DNA of 64,000 bases from a virus. Position 1 is the stretch's first letter. Every line of letters begins with the position of its first letter. Shown here in pieces: positions 18,718 to 29,189 of this stretch. The position numbers were made by a program, and so were the translations under genes. The notes beneath the pieces were generated by a model, which saw only the letters and a list, made by a program, of their open reading frames with translations, was not told the DNA's origin and ran no database searches. The stretch spans positions 1 through 64,000 of the IMG/VR virus record IMGVR_UViG_3300005805_000046, one strand, 5' to 3'.

Positions 18718-20137
18718 TTATATCAAATCCTTGATCGCTTCCACCATTATTAATTAGTTCTAATCTTGTTTTGCCTTCTGTGATTTTTGCGCAAAATCCC
18801 TTCATATGACAATTAATATAGTCATTGTCTTCTAGGCCTCCTCCGTGTCTACTGATAAGGGGTACTAGTTTTCTATTTCCGTTTGCTGGTCCGTCTTCGG
18901 CCATTTCCTCGTCGGACTTTCTTTTGAAGATAGTAAAATTGCTGCAGAGCCAGATGATTCTATCCGAGCCGCTAGCCGTATCTGTACTTTCCTTGGTAAT
19001 GCCGTCTCTATTTAGCTGAATAAATGCAACAATAGGTATTTTATACTGACAAGCAAAATTATGTAGACTAGTCATCATAAAGCCTAGAACCTGATACTCC
19101 TTCATATCCTGCGATATTCCGGCAGAATCCATAAGCTTTAGATAGTCATAAAAAACTACACAGGGCTTTGCTGTACCATCAGAATTAAGTCCAACTTCCT
19201 TTACTATCCATCTTCTCATTATAGATAGCTGTTCTTCAAAAGCTTTGCCAGCAATAGATTTATGATAAAGCGGAGCCTTATTTAGTTCCTCAACAGCCTG
19301 ATTTATTTTTTCTGCTTGGTTTTGTGTTTCCGCAAATTTTCCGGTTTCGATTTTATTGATCTCCACCTCGGTCATCATTGCTAAAAGTCTATGTATATGA
19401 TCATTTTTTGTCATCTCGGTATCCATATTCAATACTGGAATACCTAGCTTAGCAATATTCCATCCCATATTATCAGACAAAAGGGTTTTGCCTGTTTTTG
19501 GTCTAGCAGCAATAACATTAATAGTACTAGGTCTAAGACCACCACCAATTGCAAAGTCATAGGCAGGGAAGCCGGTAGAAATTCCAACCTGATCTATTGG
19601 GTGGTCTACTAGATTCTGTATATATTCGGCCAACCCTTGAGACATTGGTGTTGGATTATTATCAGAATCATCTAAACTTGCGCTAAAATTTAAAATAGGA
19701 TCTTCTGCCAAACTCAGAATTTTTGTTATTGATTCTGAACCATTAACGTCTAATAGTTTAGATTGTATATCTCCGAGTTCTTTATGCAGTTTTCTAGCTA
19801 TCTCAAGCTTTTTGATTTTACCAGCAAACAATAACAGGTTATCTCTGTTAACAGGAAAAGCTAAAATAGCCTTTAGGTGTTGAACCTCTTCCTTCTTTTC
19901 TAGAATATGGTTCAAGCCAAGCTCTTGTGCCGAACTGTATATTGCTGCTATATCTATAGCAGTTTGTCTATTATCCTTAAATATATTCTTGATACATTTA
20001 TATAAAACAATATTGCTGTCTATAGTGAATGTGTTTTCATTAATAATATCCGCAACATCAAAATATGCGTTCTCTCCTTGTTGACATATAATGGAAAGAA
20101 CGGCTCGTTCTGTAGATGGGTCACTTAATATATTCAT
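18689..20137 (-). CDS. dnaB: Replicative DNA helicase
   Basis: AARPKTGKT, DTEM, FYDYLKLM, IQLNR. Confidence 0.92.
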   Translation of the reverse strand: MNILSDPSTERAVLSIICQQGENAYFDVADIINENTFTIDSNIVLYKCIKNIFKDNRQTAIDIAAIYSSAQELGLNHILEKKEEVQHLKAILAFPVNRDNLLLFAGKIKKLEIARKLHKELGDIQSKLLDVNGSESITKILSLAEDPILNFSASLDDSDNNPTPMSQGLAEYIQNLVDHPIDQVGISTGFPAYDFAIGGGLRPSTINVIAARPKTGKTLLSDNMGWNIAKLGIPVLNMDTEMTKNDHIHRLLAMMTEVEINKIETGKFAETQNQAEKINQAVEELNKAPLYHKSIAGKAFEEQLSIMRRWIVKEVGLNSDGTAKPCVVFYDYLKLMDSAGISQDMKEYQVLGFMMTSLHNFACQYKIPIVAFIQLNRDGITKESTDTASGSDRIIWLCSNFTIFKRKSDEEMAEDGPANGNRKLVPLISRHGGGLEDNDYINCHMKGFCAKITEGKTRLELINNGGSDQGFDINDDQNIPFD

Positions 20138-20145
20138 TCAAGTTA

Positions 20146-20583
20146 TTATCCTGCTGTAGAAGAACACTTATTGCACTTATATCTATCTTTATCCAATAAT
20201 AGTGAAGGACTTACTTTTTCTTTTTGTCCGCAAGACCTGCACTGTACCTTTATCATAGTAACCTCTGGCCTACGGGCGGTGGGAGGATATTTTGATAGTT
20301 TCCTGTCTATTTCTGTATCTTCCTTGTGAGCGTTTTTCTCCGGCATGGATTCGAAATAATTGACACCGGCTTGTGATTTGGTCTTTGATCTTGCTGTTTT
20401 AACAATCTCTCCATCGAAACGATTCTCTCTTTGTTTCTTTATCGTCTTTTTGGAGTTGGGGGCTTTAGTTTTTTTAATGGGTTTTTCTGCGGAAGTCGTA
20501 TCTGTTTCTGGCAATAGCGCAGATAGTATGGATATTAGTAGTTTAATTTGTTCTGGATTATTCTTTATGCTTTCAAGATCCAT
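20146..20583 (-). CDS. Hypothetical protein with C-terminal Zn-ribbon
   Basis: CRSC...CNKC. Confidence 0.6.
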   Translation of the reverse strand: MDLESIKNNPEQIKLLISILSALLPETDTTSAEKPIKKTKAPNSKKTIKKQRENRFDGEIVKTARSKTKSQAGVNYFESMPEKNAHKEDTEIDRKLSKYPPTARRPEVTMIKVQCRSCGQKEKVSPSLLLDKDRYKCNKCSSTAG

Positions 20584-21067
20584 GTTTCACCTTATTTCTT
20601 TGAATAGACAACATAATATCCGATAGATTCTTAATTGAATTAGCTAAAAAAGATAGCCTATCCGATCTTTGTTTAGCAAATTTTTTAATATTATTAAGAG
20701 ACTCGGCTTTATCGTTATGTTTGATGGCTTGAATAGACTTCTCTAAAAAACCATAGCCCTTATAGTTATTTATTTCATCGGCTATAACTTCTTTAATGTT
20801 TTCTTCAGCCCAATTAAATCTAGCTATTTCTCTATTGAGGGTTCGCTGTATATGAAAAGCATACTGTCCAAGTCTATATGATATTTGTGCGCAGTCCTCC
20901 GGAGAAAACTTTTCCAGTACATTTCTGTCCATTGTTAGATACTCGTTGAGTTCTGATTCCGGCAAAGAGCTTGGAGTAGCAGAATATTTACTGATACCGA
21001 CAGAGTTTTCATAGTCATCCAGGATTTTGTCCCAGTGCTGCAATTCTTCTTTAGCGGTTTTGTTCAT
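20573..21067 (-). CDS. Helical/coiled-coil protein (possible recombination mediator)
   Basis: All-helical pattern near recA; function is inference. Confidence 0.4.
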   Translation of the reverse strand: MNKTAKEELQHWDKILDDYENSVGISKYSATPSSLPESELNEYLTMDRNVLEKFSPEDCAQISYRLGQYAFHIQRTLNREIARFNWAEENIKEVIADEINNYKGYGFLEKSIQAIKHNDKAESLNNIKKFAKQRSDRLSFLANSIKNLSDIMLSIQRNKVKHGS

Positions 21068-21464
21068 CTTTAATTAGTCCTTCCCACGTATCTAGTTGGT
21101 TGTACGGTAATTCTATCATTCTGATATTATTGATAGAACACCACTCTTTTTTATCTCTGTCTCTTTTTTGCGCTTTAAGAAAAGCCATCATATTAACATG
21201 ATAGAAGGGGGTAAACTTATAGTGCTGCTCACCGTGAACCTCTAGACATACCTTGATTAGTGGGATATAGAAGTCTAGGTACGCGATGTCTGATCTATGT
21301 ATATATACAGGAATCTCTTCTAATACCTTCATTGTTGGATAAATAGTCTTTATCAGGTCTCTTGCTTTAAGATGAAATGAAGACTTATTAATTCTAGAAG
21401 CTTTCGCCGAGCCCCCTGTAATATGCCAATACGAGGAATTGCCGTCTAGATCCACAACTTGCAT
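21051..21464 (-). CDS. PD-(D/E)XK endonuclease (DUF559-like)
   Basis: YLDFYIP..CLEVHGEQHY...RDRDKKEWC. Confidence 0.75.
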   Translation of the reverse strand: MQVVDLDGNSSYWHITGGSAKASRINKSSFHLKARDLIKTIYPTMKVLEEIPVYIHRSDIAYLDFYIPLIKVCLEVHGEQHYKFTPFYHVNMMAFLKAQKRDRDKKEWCSINNIRMIELPYNQLDTWEGLIKDEQNR

Positions 21465-22480
21465 TACTTAGAACCTACCATATCTTTGATTTGAGAATAT
21501 AAAGCATCATAAGCTTTTGGATTATCAATAAGAAATTGTCTAATTTTTTCTGTTCCTTGAAACTTAGTTTTTTCTTCTGGTAAAAAGGTTAGAGTATACC
21601 AAGCTCCGGCCTTGTTGATTAATCCAATGTCTGTTGCAATTGTAATGATCTCCATGTGTTTGTCAATACCCTGACCATATCTAAGATAGCTAGTGATTGT
21701 TCCTCCGGGAGGCCCAAGAGCAGAACATATTGTTTGCCATTCAACCTCTTGTCCTATTTGAGTATTGTCTGAGCTAAGAATCCACGGCTTAAAAGACTTT
21801 GCCCTTAACTTGATATCTGTTTGATACGCAATAGCCTGACCGGATTTTTCTTTGAATTCGGCACCATATCCGGTAGGATTGCCCATAAGATGCGTAATAC
21901 CGATTACAATATTTTTATTTACCGGTATAACATTTGCGACCTTACGGCAAAACTTAGCCAATAGTTTAGCTCCGTCTGCTCTCTGCATCTTATCCATATC
22001 GCTAGTAATTTCCGCTTCCGTGCATAAAGCAGAGTATGAGTCTATAATGATTACTGATCCTGGTTCTTCGTTGATAATTCTTTCTGCAATCTGTAGGTAT
22101 TCCTCTGCGTGTAGAATCTTTCCCGTTTGCGATCCTATAACGTCGAACCTGTTTAAATCTAAACCAGGGATACCTTCTAGGTCTCTTTTCTTTAATCTAC
22201 CTTCTATGTTCAGGTAGTACACTCTTCTTCCTTCTTTGAAGGATCCATGAGCATATTTTGCTTGTTGTGCTGTCGCTGAAAATGCTAGCGATGTTGTTGT
22301 TTTGCCGCACTTTGGCTGACCGGTCAATACAACAAAGCTACCCTCTGGAATCCCACCACCCAAGATCATATCTATAGATGGACTGACAGGAATAACCAAA
22401 GCCTCATTATCCACTACTGTGGAAGCGCTCAGGATAATATCTGCTCCGAAGTCTTTAGAAATACTGTCTTTAATGCTCAT
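21464..22480 (-). CDS. recA: RecA-family recombinase
   Basis: LGGGIPEG, GQPKCGKTT, IIIDS, GLINKAGAWY. Confidence 0.9.
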   Translation of the reverse strand: MSIKDSISKDFGADIILSASTVVDNEALVIPVSPSIDMILGGGIPEGSFVVLTGQPKCGKTTTSLAFSATAQQAKYAHGSFKEGRRVYYLNIEGRLKKRDLEGIPGLDLNRFDVIGSQTGKILHAEEYLQIAERIINEEPGSVIIIDSYSALCTEAEITSDMDKMQRADGAKLLAKFCRKVANVIPVNKNIVIGITHLMGNPTGYGAEFKEKSGQAIAYQTDIKLRAKSFKPWILSSDNTQIGQEVEWQTICSALGPPGGTITSYLRYGQGIDKHMEIITIATDIGLINKAGAWYTLTFLPEEKTKFQGTEKIRQFLIDNPKAYDALYSQIKDMVGSK

Positions 22481-22886
22481 TGTCTATGTCCTTTAATTTA
22501 TCTAATGTTGTCTTTTTGCGTGGTAAATTTTGCCCAACACTATTAATAGATCTATTGACCGGTAACGTTTGTTCTGTGTTTTCTGACGCAACGATCTTTT
22601 CTGCTTGCTCTATAATAGCCCCTAGGTGCGGCGCCCTCAAAGAGAATATTTTCTTACCAGAAGGACTCTGCAAAGCTTTGATTATTGCTTTTTCTGAGTG
22701 TTTAGCTAATAATTTATTTGCAGAAAAAATCTGTGATTTATAAAACTTTTGCCATTCCTTAGAAAGCCAAAATCTATAATGAAGATCTTTTTTGTCTTTT
22801 GCTGCTAAGTGTTCACAAATAATTTCAGTGATATACTGAGCCGCAGAAACCTGTTTTCCGTTAGAATACTTAGATAAGTATTTCAT
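22470..22886 (-). CDS. Hypothetical phage protein
   Basis: ORF coupled to recA. Confidence 0.6.
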   Translation of the reverse strand: MKYLSKYSNGKQVSAAQYITEIICEHLAAKDKKDLHYRFWLSKEWQKFYKSQIFSANKLLAKHSEKAIIKALQSPSGKKIFSLRAPHLGAIIEQAEKIVASENTEQTLPVNRSINSVGQNLPRKKTTLDKLKDIDNEH

Positions 22887-23224
22887 TATTTTATTCTATG
22901 AATATGTCCTTCGTTGCTATCTTTTGATGTTGGATTCTTCTTCTTGAAGTCGTCATTGTGAAATGCCGCTTCTTGCGTCATAATAGCAACCGTATTCAAT
23001 TTCTTGGCCGATGTTTTACGGATCATAAGATCCTTGGATGTTATTGGAGAAGACTTAACTGGCAATTCCTTGGTTTCCGATTGTTTAGTCTTTCCGCTTT
23101 TTTCCATATACTTATGAAGCATGTCCTTTGCTATTTTTAGCTCACGACATATTCTATCCTCGTCAGCATTAATAGATAATAGGTGTTCAATAGCATACTT
23201 CTGAACCTTGGATAGCTGTTTCAT
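22886..23224 (-). CDS. Hypothetical protein, possible N-terminal HTH
   Basis: LSKVQKYAI...ICRELKI. Confidence 0.5.
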   Translation of the reverse strand: MKQLSKVQKYAIEHLLSINADEDRICRELKIAKDMLHKYMEKSGKTKQSETKELPVKSSPITSKDLMIRKTSAKKLNTVAIMTQEAAFHNDDFKKKNPTSKDSNEGHIHRIK

Positions 23225-23592
23225 TGCATCTCTCTTTCTGCTAAATTAATGTGTCCTATGTTTTTGGTCCTTAAAAAAGATAAATATAGATCAAATACCC
23301 TCTTATTTACCTCTTGGAATTCCCATTCTGGCTTACCGGTTTGGCGTAAAAACTTATTGCTTCTTCCTTCGGAAAAAATACCTATTGGATTAAATATTTT
23401 TCCATGAGGACCTACCTTAATAAAAAATCTAGTTTTGGTATCTGACACTATTTTTTTTGCTAGTACCTCTGTACTCTCGGTACTCAAGATAGGATTATTC
23501 TCATCGTCGAACGCCTCTTGCTTACCAACAATCGTATAATAAGAATAAATCTTATTATTATTCGCTTCTGGTTTGGGTCGCAGTATCGACAT
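23221..23592 (-). CDS. Hypothetical protein
   Basis: Coupled ORF. Confidence 0.6.
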   Translation of the reverse strand: MSILRPKPEANNNKIYSYYTIVGKQEAFDDENNPILSTESTEVLAKKIVSDTKTRFFIKVGPHGKIFNPIGIFSEGRSNKFLRQTGKPEWEFQEVNKRVFDLYLSFLRTKNIGHINLAEREMQ

Positions 23593-23998
23593 TTTGTTGC
23601 TCCTCTGATGGTACTGTTACTAGTTCTTTACATGCTTCTGTTATTACGTCTGTGAGCTTATTATATATTCTATCTATAAGTATTTCATAGTTTTTATCAA
23701 TAAACTCGATAACGTAAGACTGTGATTTTTTTTCTATGGACTCTGGAGCCACGGCTTCGTCGTTGGAAGATATTGAGACATCGCTTGTCAGAGTCAGCGT
23801 AACATAATAAGGCACTGGGCCAGAGTGGGTCTGTTTTTGTTCTAGCTTCTCCGCGAGTTCTTTTTCTGCTTTGACTATGGCTAGCTCTGCCTGAGCCATT
23901 TTTTCTTGTAGCTGTAAGAAAGTTTGAATCTCTGATATAGAGATTATGCTACTTATAAGTTCTTTATGTTCTTCTGGAATATTTATTTCTTGATCCAT
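23558..23998 (-). CDS. Hypothetical protein
   Basis: Coupled ORF with a coiled-coil segment. Confidence 0.55.
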   Translation of the reverse strand: MDQEINIPEEHKELISSIISISEIQTFLQLQEKMAQAELAIVKAEKELAEKLEQKQTHSGPVPYYVTLTLTSDVSISSNDEAVAPESIEKKSQSYVIEFIDKNYEILIDRIYNKLTDVITEACKELVTVPSEEQQNVDTATQTRSE

Positions 23999-24369
23999 TT
24001 TATTTTCTCTGGTTTTTTAATTCTTGACATACCCTTTGGAAGTTCTTTTACTGATTCTTGATCTTTATAGGAATTATGCTTATTATATAATTGTGTTTTT
24101 TGGTCTTCGGACAACCTATCTCTATTTCTGTTTGCAAGATCTCCTATTGTCTTCAGTTCATCGTCCGACTTTCTAACGGACGTATTTAGCGTGGCTGCGT
24201 CTTCTGTATATAGTCTATAAACAGATTTTCCGGATCCACAAGAATCGCACGGCAGTCTGTCGTGATAATCTTTGATGGAAGAAACAACCTCGTATTTTTT
24301 ATTGCAGCTTTCACAGAAAAAGGTATATGCTGGCATTATAAGTATGATTCCGGTAAGTATGCTGACCAC
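23983..24369 (-). CDS. FmdB-family Zn-ribbon protein (probable start at MPAYTF)
   Basis: MPAYTFFCESC...LPCDSCGS. Confidence 0.75.
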   Translation of the reverse strand: MVSILTGIILIMPAYTFFCESCNKKYEVVSSIKDYHDRLPCDSCGSGKSVYRLYTEDAATLNTSVRKSDDELKTIGDLANRNRDRLSEDQKTQLYNKHNSYKDQESVKELPKGMSRIKKPEKIKWIKK

Positions 24370-24917
24370 TCTTCTGGGATTTCTCTTCTTATCCTAAGCA
24401 GGAAGTGGGTGATTGGCAAGTACTTTGAGCTTTTTTTTGGTATTATTGGTAGATTCTTTAGTGGCATATTGGCCTGCTTTGGTGTTCTATTTCCTTTTTT
24501 ACGGTTGCATGACACACAAGCGGTTACTATGTTCGTCCAATTAGTCGGTGATCCTGCTCTATCTTTCCATAAAGACTTAGGTATAACATGATCATAAGTT
24601 AATTTATTTAGGTCTTCTTTTACTCCACAATACTGACAACTGTGGTTATCTCTGATAAATAAATTTTTTCTAGAAAAATTAACTCTTTGGTCATGAATCC
24701 TGAAGTACTTAGCGGTTTTGACCACTGCTGGTATGGGAAGTCTTTTGTTGTTTACGCCTTGAATAAAATCGTTTTTATAAAAATCAACAATTTCTACTCT
24801 TGGTTCTTCGCTTGACTCCGATTTCATAGACCAAATCAAAGCCTTTTTCCAATCTATAATACCTAATGCTGAGTAGTCTGCGTTTAAAACCAAACACTTA
24901 CTGTTCTCTATTTTCAT
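24336..24917 (-). CDS. HNH endonuclease
   Basis: CLVLNADY, RDNHSCQYCG, TYDHVIPKS, NIVTACVSCNRKKG. Confidence 0.92.
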   Translation of the reverse strand: MKIENSKCLVLNADYSALGIIDWKKALIWSMKSESSEEPRVEIVDFYKNDFIQGVNNKRLPIPAVVKTAKYFRIHDQRVNFSRKNLFIRDNHSCQYCGVKEDLNKLTYDHVIPKSLWKDRAGSPTNWTNIVTACVSCNRKKGNRTPKQANMPLKNLPIIPKKSSKYLPITHFLLRIRREIPEEWSAYLPESYL

Positions 24918-25626
24918 AAGACTCTAAGCGTCCTAATATCTTTGCTATTATTGGATTCCTTACTATATCACTAGATTGTAACTGACAAACACCGATACCG
25001 TCAAGCCCATCGAGAGTTTTTATCAGATCCGTAAAACCACCGCGCATATGTCTACTCAGATCGGACTGCCCAGCGTCTCCAGTGAGAATCATCTTGCTTT
25101 CTTGTCCGGTTCTGGTCAATAACATTTTTAATTGATCATAGGTAGCGTTTTGACACTCGTCTGCCACAATAAATGAGTTATGAAAGTTACGGCCTCTCAT
25201 AAGACCAAGAGGAACAACCTCTATTTTATTATTGAGTCTCAACGATGCGTATTGAGCAGAGGATATGAAGTGGTTGATTTCATCCAGTATTGGCAATAGG
25301 TATGGGTGTAGCTTTTCTTCTGCTGTTCCTGGTAAATATCCAATTTTTTCTCCCGCTTCTATTACTGGTCTGGTAATAATAATCTTCTTTACTTTTTCGT
25401 CTAAAAGATATTCTAGAGCCATACCTATAGCGATATGTGTTTTTCCGCTACCAGCTAAACCCTGGCAAAAGGTTATGGTGTTATCTGCCACGGTTCTAAT
25501 GTAGTCTTTCTGATTCTCTGTTCTAGGCTTTAATCTATTTCTATAAGCATAACCACCAGGATTAATTTCGTTTGTTAGATCTATAACTTTGGACTTCTTC
25601 TTGGAACCTTTATTGTTTTTTCTCAA
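24898..25626 (-). CDS. phoH: PhoH-family ATPase
   Basis: GLAGSGKT, GYLPG, MRGRNF, DECQN, GDAGQSD, DIVRNP. Confidence 0.95.
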   Translation of the reverse strand: MRKNNKGSKKKSKVIDLTNEINPGGYAYRNRLKPRTENQKDYIRTVADNTITFCQGLAGSGKTHIAIGMALEYLLDEKVKKIIITRPVIEAGEKIGYLPGTAEEKLHPYLLPILDEINHFISSAQYASLRLNNKIEVVPLGLMRGRNFHNSFIVADECQNATYDQLKMLLTRTGQESKMILTGDAGQSDLSRHMRGGFTDLIKTLDGLDGIGVCQLQSSDIVRNPIIAKILGRLESYENREQ

Positions 25627-25686
25627 GGTGTATCCTTTATTAAAGGGATGGTTTTTTATAAAAACATATTATAAATATACACCCTT

Positions 25687-27882
25687 TTACAATAAACACG
25701 CTCCTCCAGCGCAACTGATCTCCTCTATGCCAACAGTATTATCTTCTGTCTCTGAAAGTTGGGTGTAGTCTACTTTTCTAAAGCTATCAAACAAGTCACA
25801 GTATATTTTCCAATTGTACACGTCTTTCATGCAATATGTTAATCTCCTTTGATCTCCTGCAAAATACTTGTCTGCAAACCTTCGCATTTTTGTCAAAAAT
25901 AAAATCTTATTATCTTCATCTTTTTCTGAACTTTGTGACATAGTTATATAGTCGCAAGCGGCCCATAGATTATTATCAAATGCGTTTAATCCTAGCTCAA
26001 TAAGACCAGAACACCATAATGCCGCGTCCCCATATTCCTTTACTATTTCTCTACTAGTATAGACCGTAGTGAAAGGAGCTTGAGGATAATCCTTATCTCC
26101 GCTTTGAGGAATAAGCGATATGCCAGCAAAGTACTTTCTATTATCATAGATATATTTTGTTACGTCATCCCACTCCTCTGGTCTAACCGTGACAGTATTG
26201 CTCACATTATGACTTAGATAGTCTTGTGTGCATAATGATCTATTTTTACCAGAATTAACCCAATTTTTTTGTGTTTCTTTTACTACAGATAACATTTCTA
26301 TTGCTGGTAATTGGTTCTTAAGTTTTGCTCCGTCTGGAACCTCTATCGGAAACTTAATAACCTCGTCCGTATTATTAGCAGACCACGAGGACTTCTCGCA
26401 TGCTTGAGGATTTACTTTCTTGAAGTGTTGGTATGGTGCCTCTAAAACATTGGCCTGTACGTGTCTTATATAGCGTTTGGCGTGATGTGGATGTATACCA
26501 GAGCTTGTTCCAAGCATGCTACTGCTTGTTCCTTCTGGCTTTAGACATGTAACCCTAGCGGCTTGATTTATATGAATTTTCTTAGCAATTAGCTTGTTTG
26601 TTTCTACGGCAATTTTTGCTCCTTTACTCAGAACCTTTTCCGATAGAACCAGATCGTGCTTTTCCATCGTACCGGTTAGAGACACGCCAAGCAAAGCCTC
26701 TCTATTAAAAATATTTTCACTAATTTCACCAAGATAATCAAGCTTAGTAAAACCAGCCTGAAGAGTCCCAATTATAGCAGCGGCTTTGCATCTCTCAAAG
26801 AAATCATTTTCGTTTTCAACGCTAGAACAATTAATGGTCGATAGATTACAGCCCTGCCACCCACTCTTTCCGCTGCTTTCGTCAATAGGCCACATTCCAA
26901 TTTCTACGCACGGATTGAAAATCATCTCTGTGGATTCGCTCCATATGAATCCTGGTTCGCCAAATTCTTTGACCGATTCCATTAGTATTTGAAATTCTTC
27001 AAATGTTGTTTCGTTTTTCAGCAGTAGCGCCGAATTGTTACTTCGTGCTCTCTGCGGATTGTCTATATACCAATTACCGGTCTTTGCTTTGGCCATTTCT
27101 TCGTCGTCTGGGCTAAACAAGGCTAAAGAAGCGCTCCTTCTAACGCCTCCAGACAGCACAGCATCACTACTATGCATAACAATATCGTATGCATCAATAG
27201 GACGTAGTTTCTTTTGTTCATTGGCTATACAACGATCTAGTAAAGCCCTAATTTTTTCTAGTCCGTTGGCTAGTGGCTCAAATCCAGGAGCCCTACCAAC
27301 TCCAGAACTTAGAATCGATCCTTTCGGACGAATATTGCTATAATCAAAAACAACATATGTATTTTTATAGTTTTTGAATTCTTCGATAGGCTTACTAAAA
27401 TAACTACTAAGTAGAACGCCTAGTGCGTCCGCCCATCCTTCTATACTGTCTTCTACGACGTACTTCGCCCCTTCATTATTATCGATAATATCGTGCTCTA
27501 GGGTTGGTAATTTAGCAACGTGGTGCTTTTGTACGCTAAATCCAGTACCACTACCACAAAGCAATAGCCAAAAGCACTCCTGAAAAAAGCGTAATCTGTC
27601 GCAGTATGAACTGGTGCAGTTATAGATTTTGGCGTGTCTTTTAAGAATGGGTTCTCCGCCGAATTGTAGGGCTCTTTGACTACCAAGAACTTTCTTTTTG
27701 TACATCATATCGTACGCCCAGTCTATTTCGTCCTTGATGCCCACGCCATCGTATTTGGAGTGCATCATGTTCTTTACTCTTTCGACGGCTTCTTTCCATG
27801 TCTCTCTACGATTTTTTTCTTCGATCCATCGGGCATACTTACTGACAAATGTATAGTTCTGTAATTCTTGTAGAGCGGACAT
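25687..27882 (-). CDS. nrdJ: Ribonucleotide reductase, class II (adenosylcobalamin-dependent) type
   Basis: IYNC, GGVRRSA, FNPCVEI, GCNL, TCLKPEGTSS, C-terminal CAGGAC; no beta subunit nearby. Confidence 0.85.
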   Translation of the reverse strand: MSALQELQNYTFVSKYARWIEEKNRRETWKEAVERVKNMMHSKYDGVGIKDEIDWAYDMMYKKKVLGSQRALQFGGEPILKRHAKIYNCTSSYCDRLRFFQECFWLLLCGSGTGFSVQKHHVAKLPTLEHDIIDNNEGAKYVVEDSIEGWADALGVLLSSYFSKPIEEFKNYKNTYVVFDYSNIRPKGSILSSGVGRAPGFEPLANGLEKIRALLDRCIANEQKKLRPIDAYDIVMHSSDAVLSGGVRRSASLALFSPDDEEMAKAKTGNWYIDNPQRARSNNSALLLKNETTFEEFQILMESVKEFGEPGFIWSESTEMIFNPCVEIGMWPIDESSGKSGWQGCNLSTINCSSVENENDFFERCKAAAIIGTLQAGFTKLDYLGEISENIFNREALLGVSLTGTMEKHDLVLSEKVLSKGAKIAVETNKLIAKKIHINQAARVTCLKPEGTSSSMLGTSSGIHPHHAKRYIRHVQANVLEAPYQHFKKVNPQACEKSSWSANNTDEVIKFPIEVPDGAKLKNQLPAIEMLSVVKETQKNWVNSGKNRSLCTQDYLSHNVSNTVTVRPEEWDDVTKYIYDNRKYFAGISLIPQSGDKDYPQAPFTTVYTSREIVKEYGDAALWCSGLIELGLNAFDNNLWAACDYITMSQSSEKDEDNKILFLTKMRRFADKYFAGDQRRLTYCMKDVYNWKIYCDLFDSFRKVDYTQLSETEDNTVGIEEISCAGGACLL

Positions 27883-27883
27883 C

Positions 27884-28018
27884 TTATCTCCTGTTTAAGA
27901 CTAATGATAGTAAACCTACTACTATGAGCGTACGAAAGCTTTTTTCTTGCATTATGTGGTCATTACAAATGAGTGCATATAGATATATGGCAACAGACAC
28001 ATAAAAACATATTGTCAT
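27884..28018 (-). CDS. Small membrane protein (44 aa, not in the ORF track)
   Basis: MTICFYVSVAIYLYAL...LIVVGLLSLVLNRR fills the gap exactly with an ATGA overlap. Confidence 0.5.
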   Translation of the reverse strand: MTICFYVSVAIYLYALICNDHIMQEKSFRTLIVVGLLSLVLNRR

Positions 28019-28494
28019 ATTACACCAGACAGATTTTTCAACCAAGAAAGATCTGGATTCACTTTGACTATTTTTATTCCGCTCATGGCAACAAAGGTAT
28101 CAAAACGTTGCTGTGCATCTTCATCAAAAAGATGGGTTCCGTGATCGTCTATCATATAGACTGTAGAGACTCCTTCTTGCCACAATGCGATAATGCAATC
28201 ATTACAGCACTGTCCAGTAACATATGCTATTCCGTTATCTGGCCTAACAATACAATTAGATAGTGCGTTTCTTTCAGAATGAACCATCCATGGATATTTT
28301 TCTGGTCTTGTTATTGGAAGCTCTTGATCGTTGAGCCCCCTAGGAAATCCATTATATCCAACACCAAGAATTCTATTATTTTGATCTGTTATAACACAAC
28401 CATGTTTTGTGTGTATATCATGGCTGCGCTGAGACACGACTCTTGCGAGTCCTAGAAAATAATCGGTCCATCCTGGTCTTTGGTTGTGTTTCAT
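28015..28494 (-). CDS. dCMP deaminase
   Basis: GYNGFPRG, HSERNAL, CCNDC. Confidence 0.9.
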   Translation of the reverse strand: MKHNQRPGWTDYFLGLARVVSQRSHDIHTKHGCVITDQNNRILGVGYNGFPRGLNDQELPITRPEKYPWMVHSERNALSNCIVRPDNGIAYVTGQCCNDCIIALWQEGVSTVYMIDDHGTHLFDEDAQQRFDTFVAMSGIKIVKVNPDLSWLKNLSGVI

Positions 28495-28502
28495 TGTCCT
28501 TT

Positions 28503-28530
28503 ATGATAGAAACAATTAGACCAGAGTCAA
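28503..28530 (-). promoter_or_regulatory. Putative sigma70-type promoter
   Basis: TTGACT-N16-TATCAT on the minus strand. Confidence 0.4.
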
Positions 28531-28537
28531 GTATTTT

Positions 28538-28792
28538 TTATTTGGTGGTGAGCTTGTTATATAAAATTAAACTCAACACCCCTCCAGCAACGCCCATAAA
28601 AATACCAGCTGGACTGAGACTCTCGTACGTTCCAACAAGATAGAGTACAGCGCCACCCATATAGGATCCAGCAACACCAAGCGCTATTGTTTTTGTCATA
28701 TTAAAGTTCTCGTCGCCAGGAACCAAGCTTTTAGCTATAGAACCAACAAATAGTCCATAAACACACCACACTAAAATATTAAACATTTGCAT
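28538..28792 (-). CDS. GlsB/YeaQ/YmgE (transglycosylase-associated) membrane protein
   Basis: GLFVGSIAKSLVPG...TIALGVAGSYMGG. Confidence 0.8.
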   Translation of the reverse strand: MQMFNILVWCVYGLFVGSIAKSLVPGDENFNMTKTIALGVAGSYMGGAVLYLVGTYESLSPAGIFMGVAGGVLSLILYNKLTTK

Positions 28793-29189
28793 TCTCCACT
28801 AAGGTTTTTATTTCGTCGTCCGTGAGGGTTTCTCCTATACTTAATATTGATTCTATAAGCTTAAATCCGTATTGCTCGTATTCTTCTTTTGTCATTTCTC
28901 TTTTTAGTACTCTTTTGATTCTGAGACGAGTAAACCAACCTCTTTTGCTACTAAATTCCTTTATTTCTTCTCCATACGCCGTGTACTTTTCGTCTCTAGT
29001 CATGTGCTGAGTTCTATTTTTATTGCATTCCTGTAGTATACGAATAGAGGTCAAAATAACACTAATAATCATTAATATAGCGATTACGCTGCCAAATTTT
29101 TCATCACTAGACAAACCTGCATCCGCCAGAACCTTTTTAGCTATAGCTTCTAGTTTTTCGGCGTCTTGTTTATCTGGCTTATGTATCAT
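28779..29189 (-). CDS. Hypothetical membrane protein
   Basis: Single TM FGSVIAILMIISVILTSI. Confidence 0.6.
   Translation of the reverse strand: MIHKPDKQDAEKLEAIAKKVLADAGLSSDEKFGSVIAILMIISVILTSIRILQECNKNRTQHMTRDEKYTAYGEEIKEFSSKRGWFTRLRIKRVLKREMTKEEYEQYGFKLIESILSIGETLTDDEIKTLVENANV

Noticed and set aside
27883-28014. Cobalamin riboswitch upstream of nrdJ
   Set aside because: No B12-box recognisable; the gap is filled by a 44-codon membrane ORF
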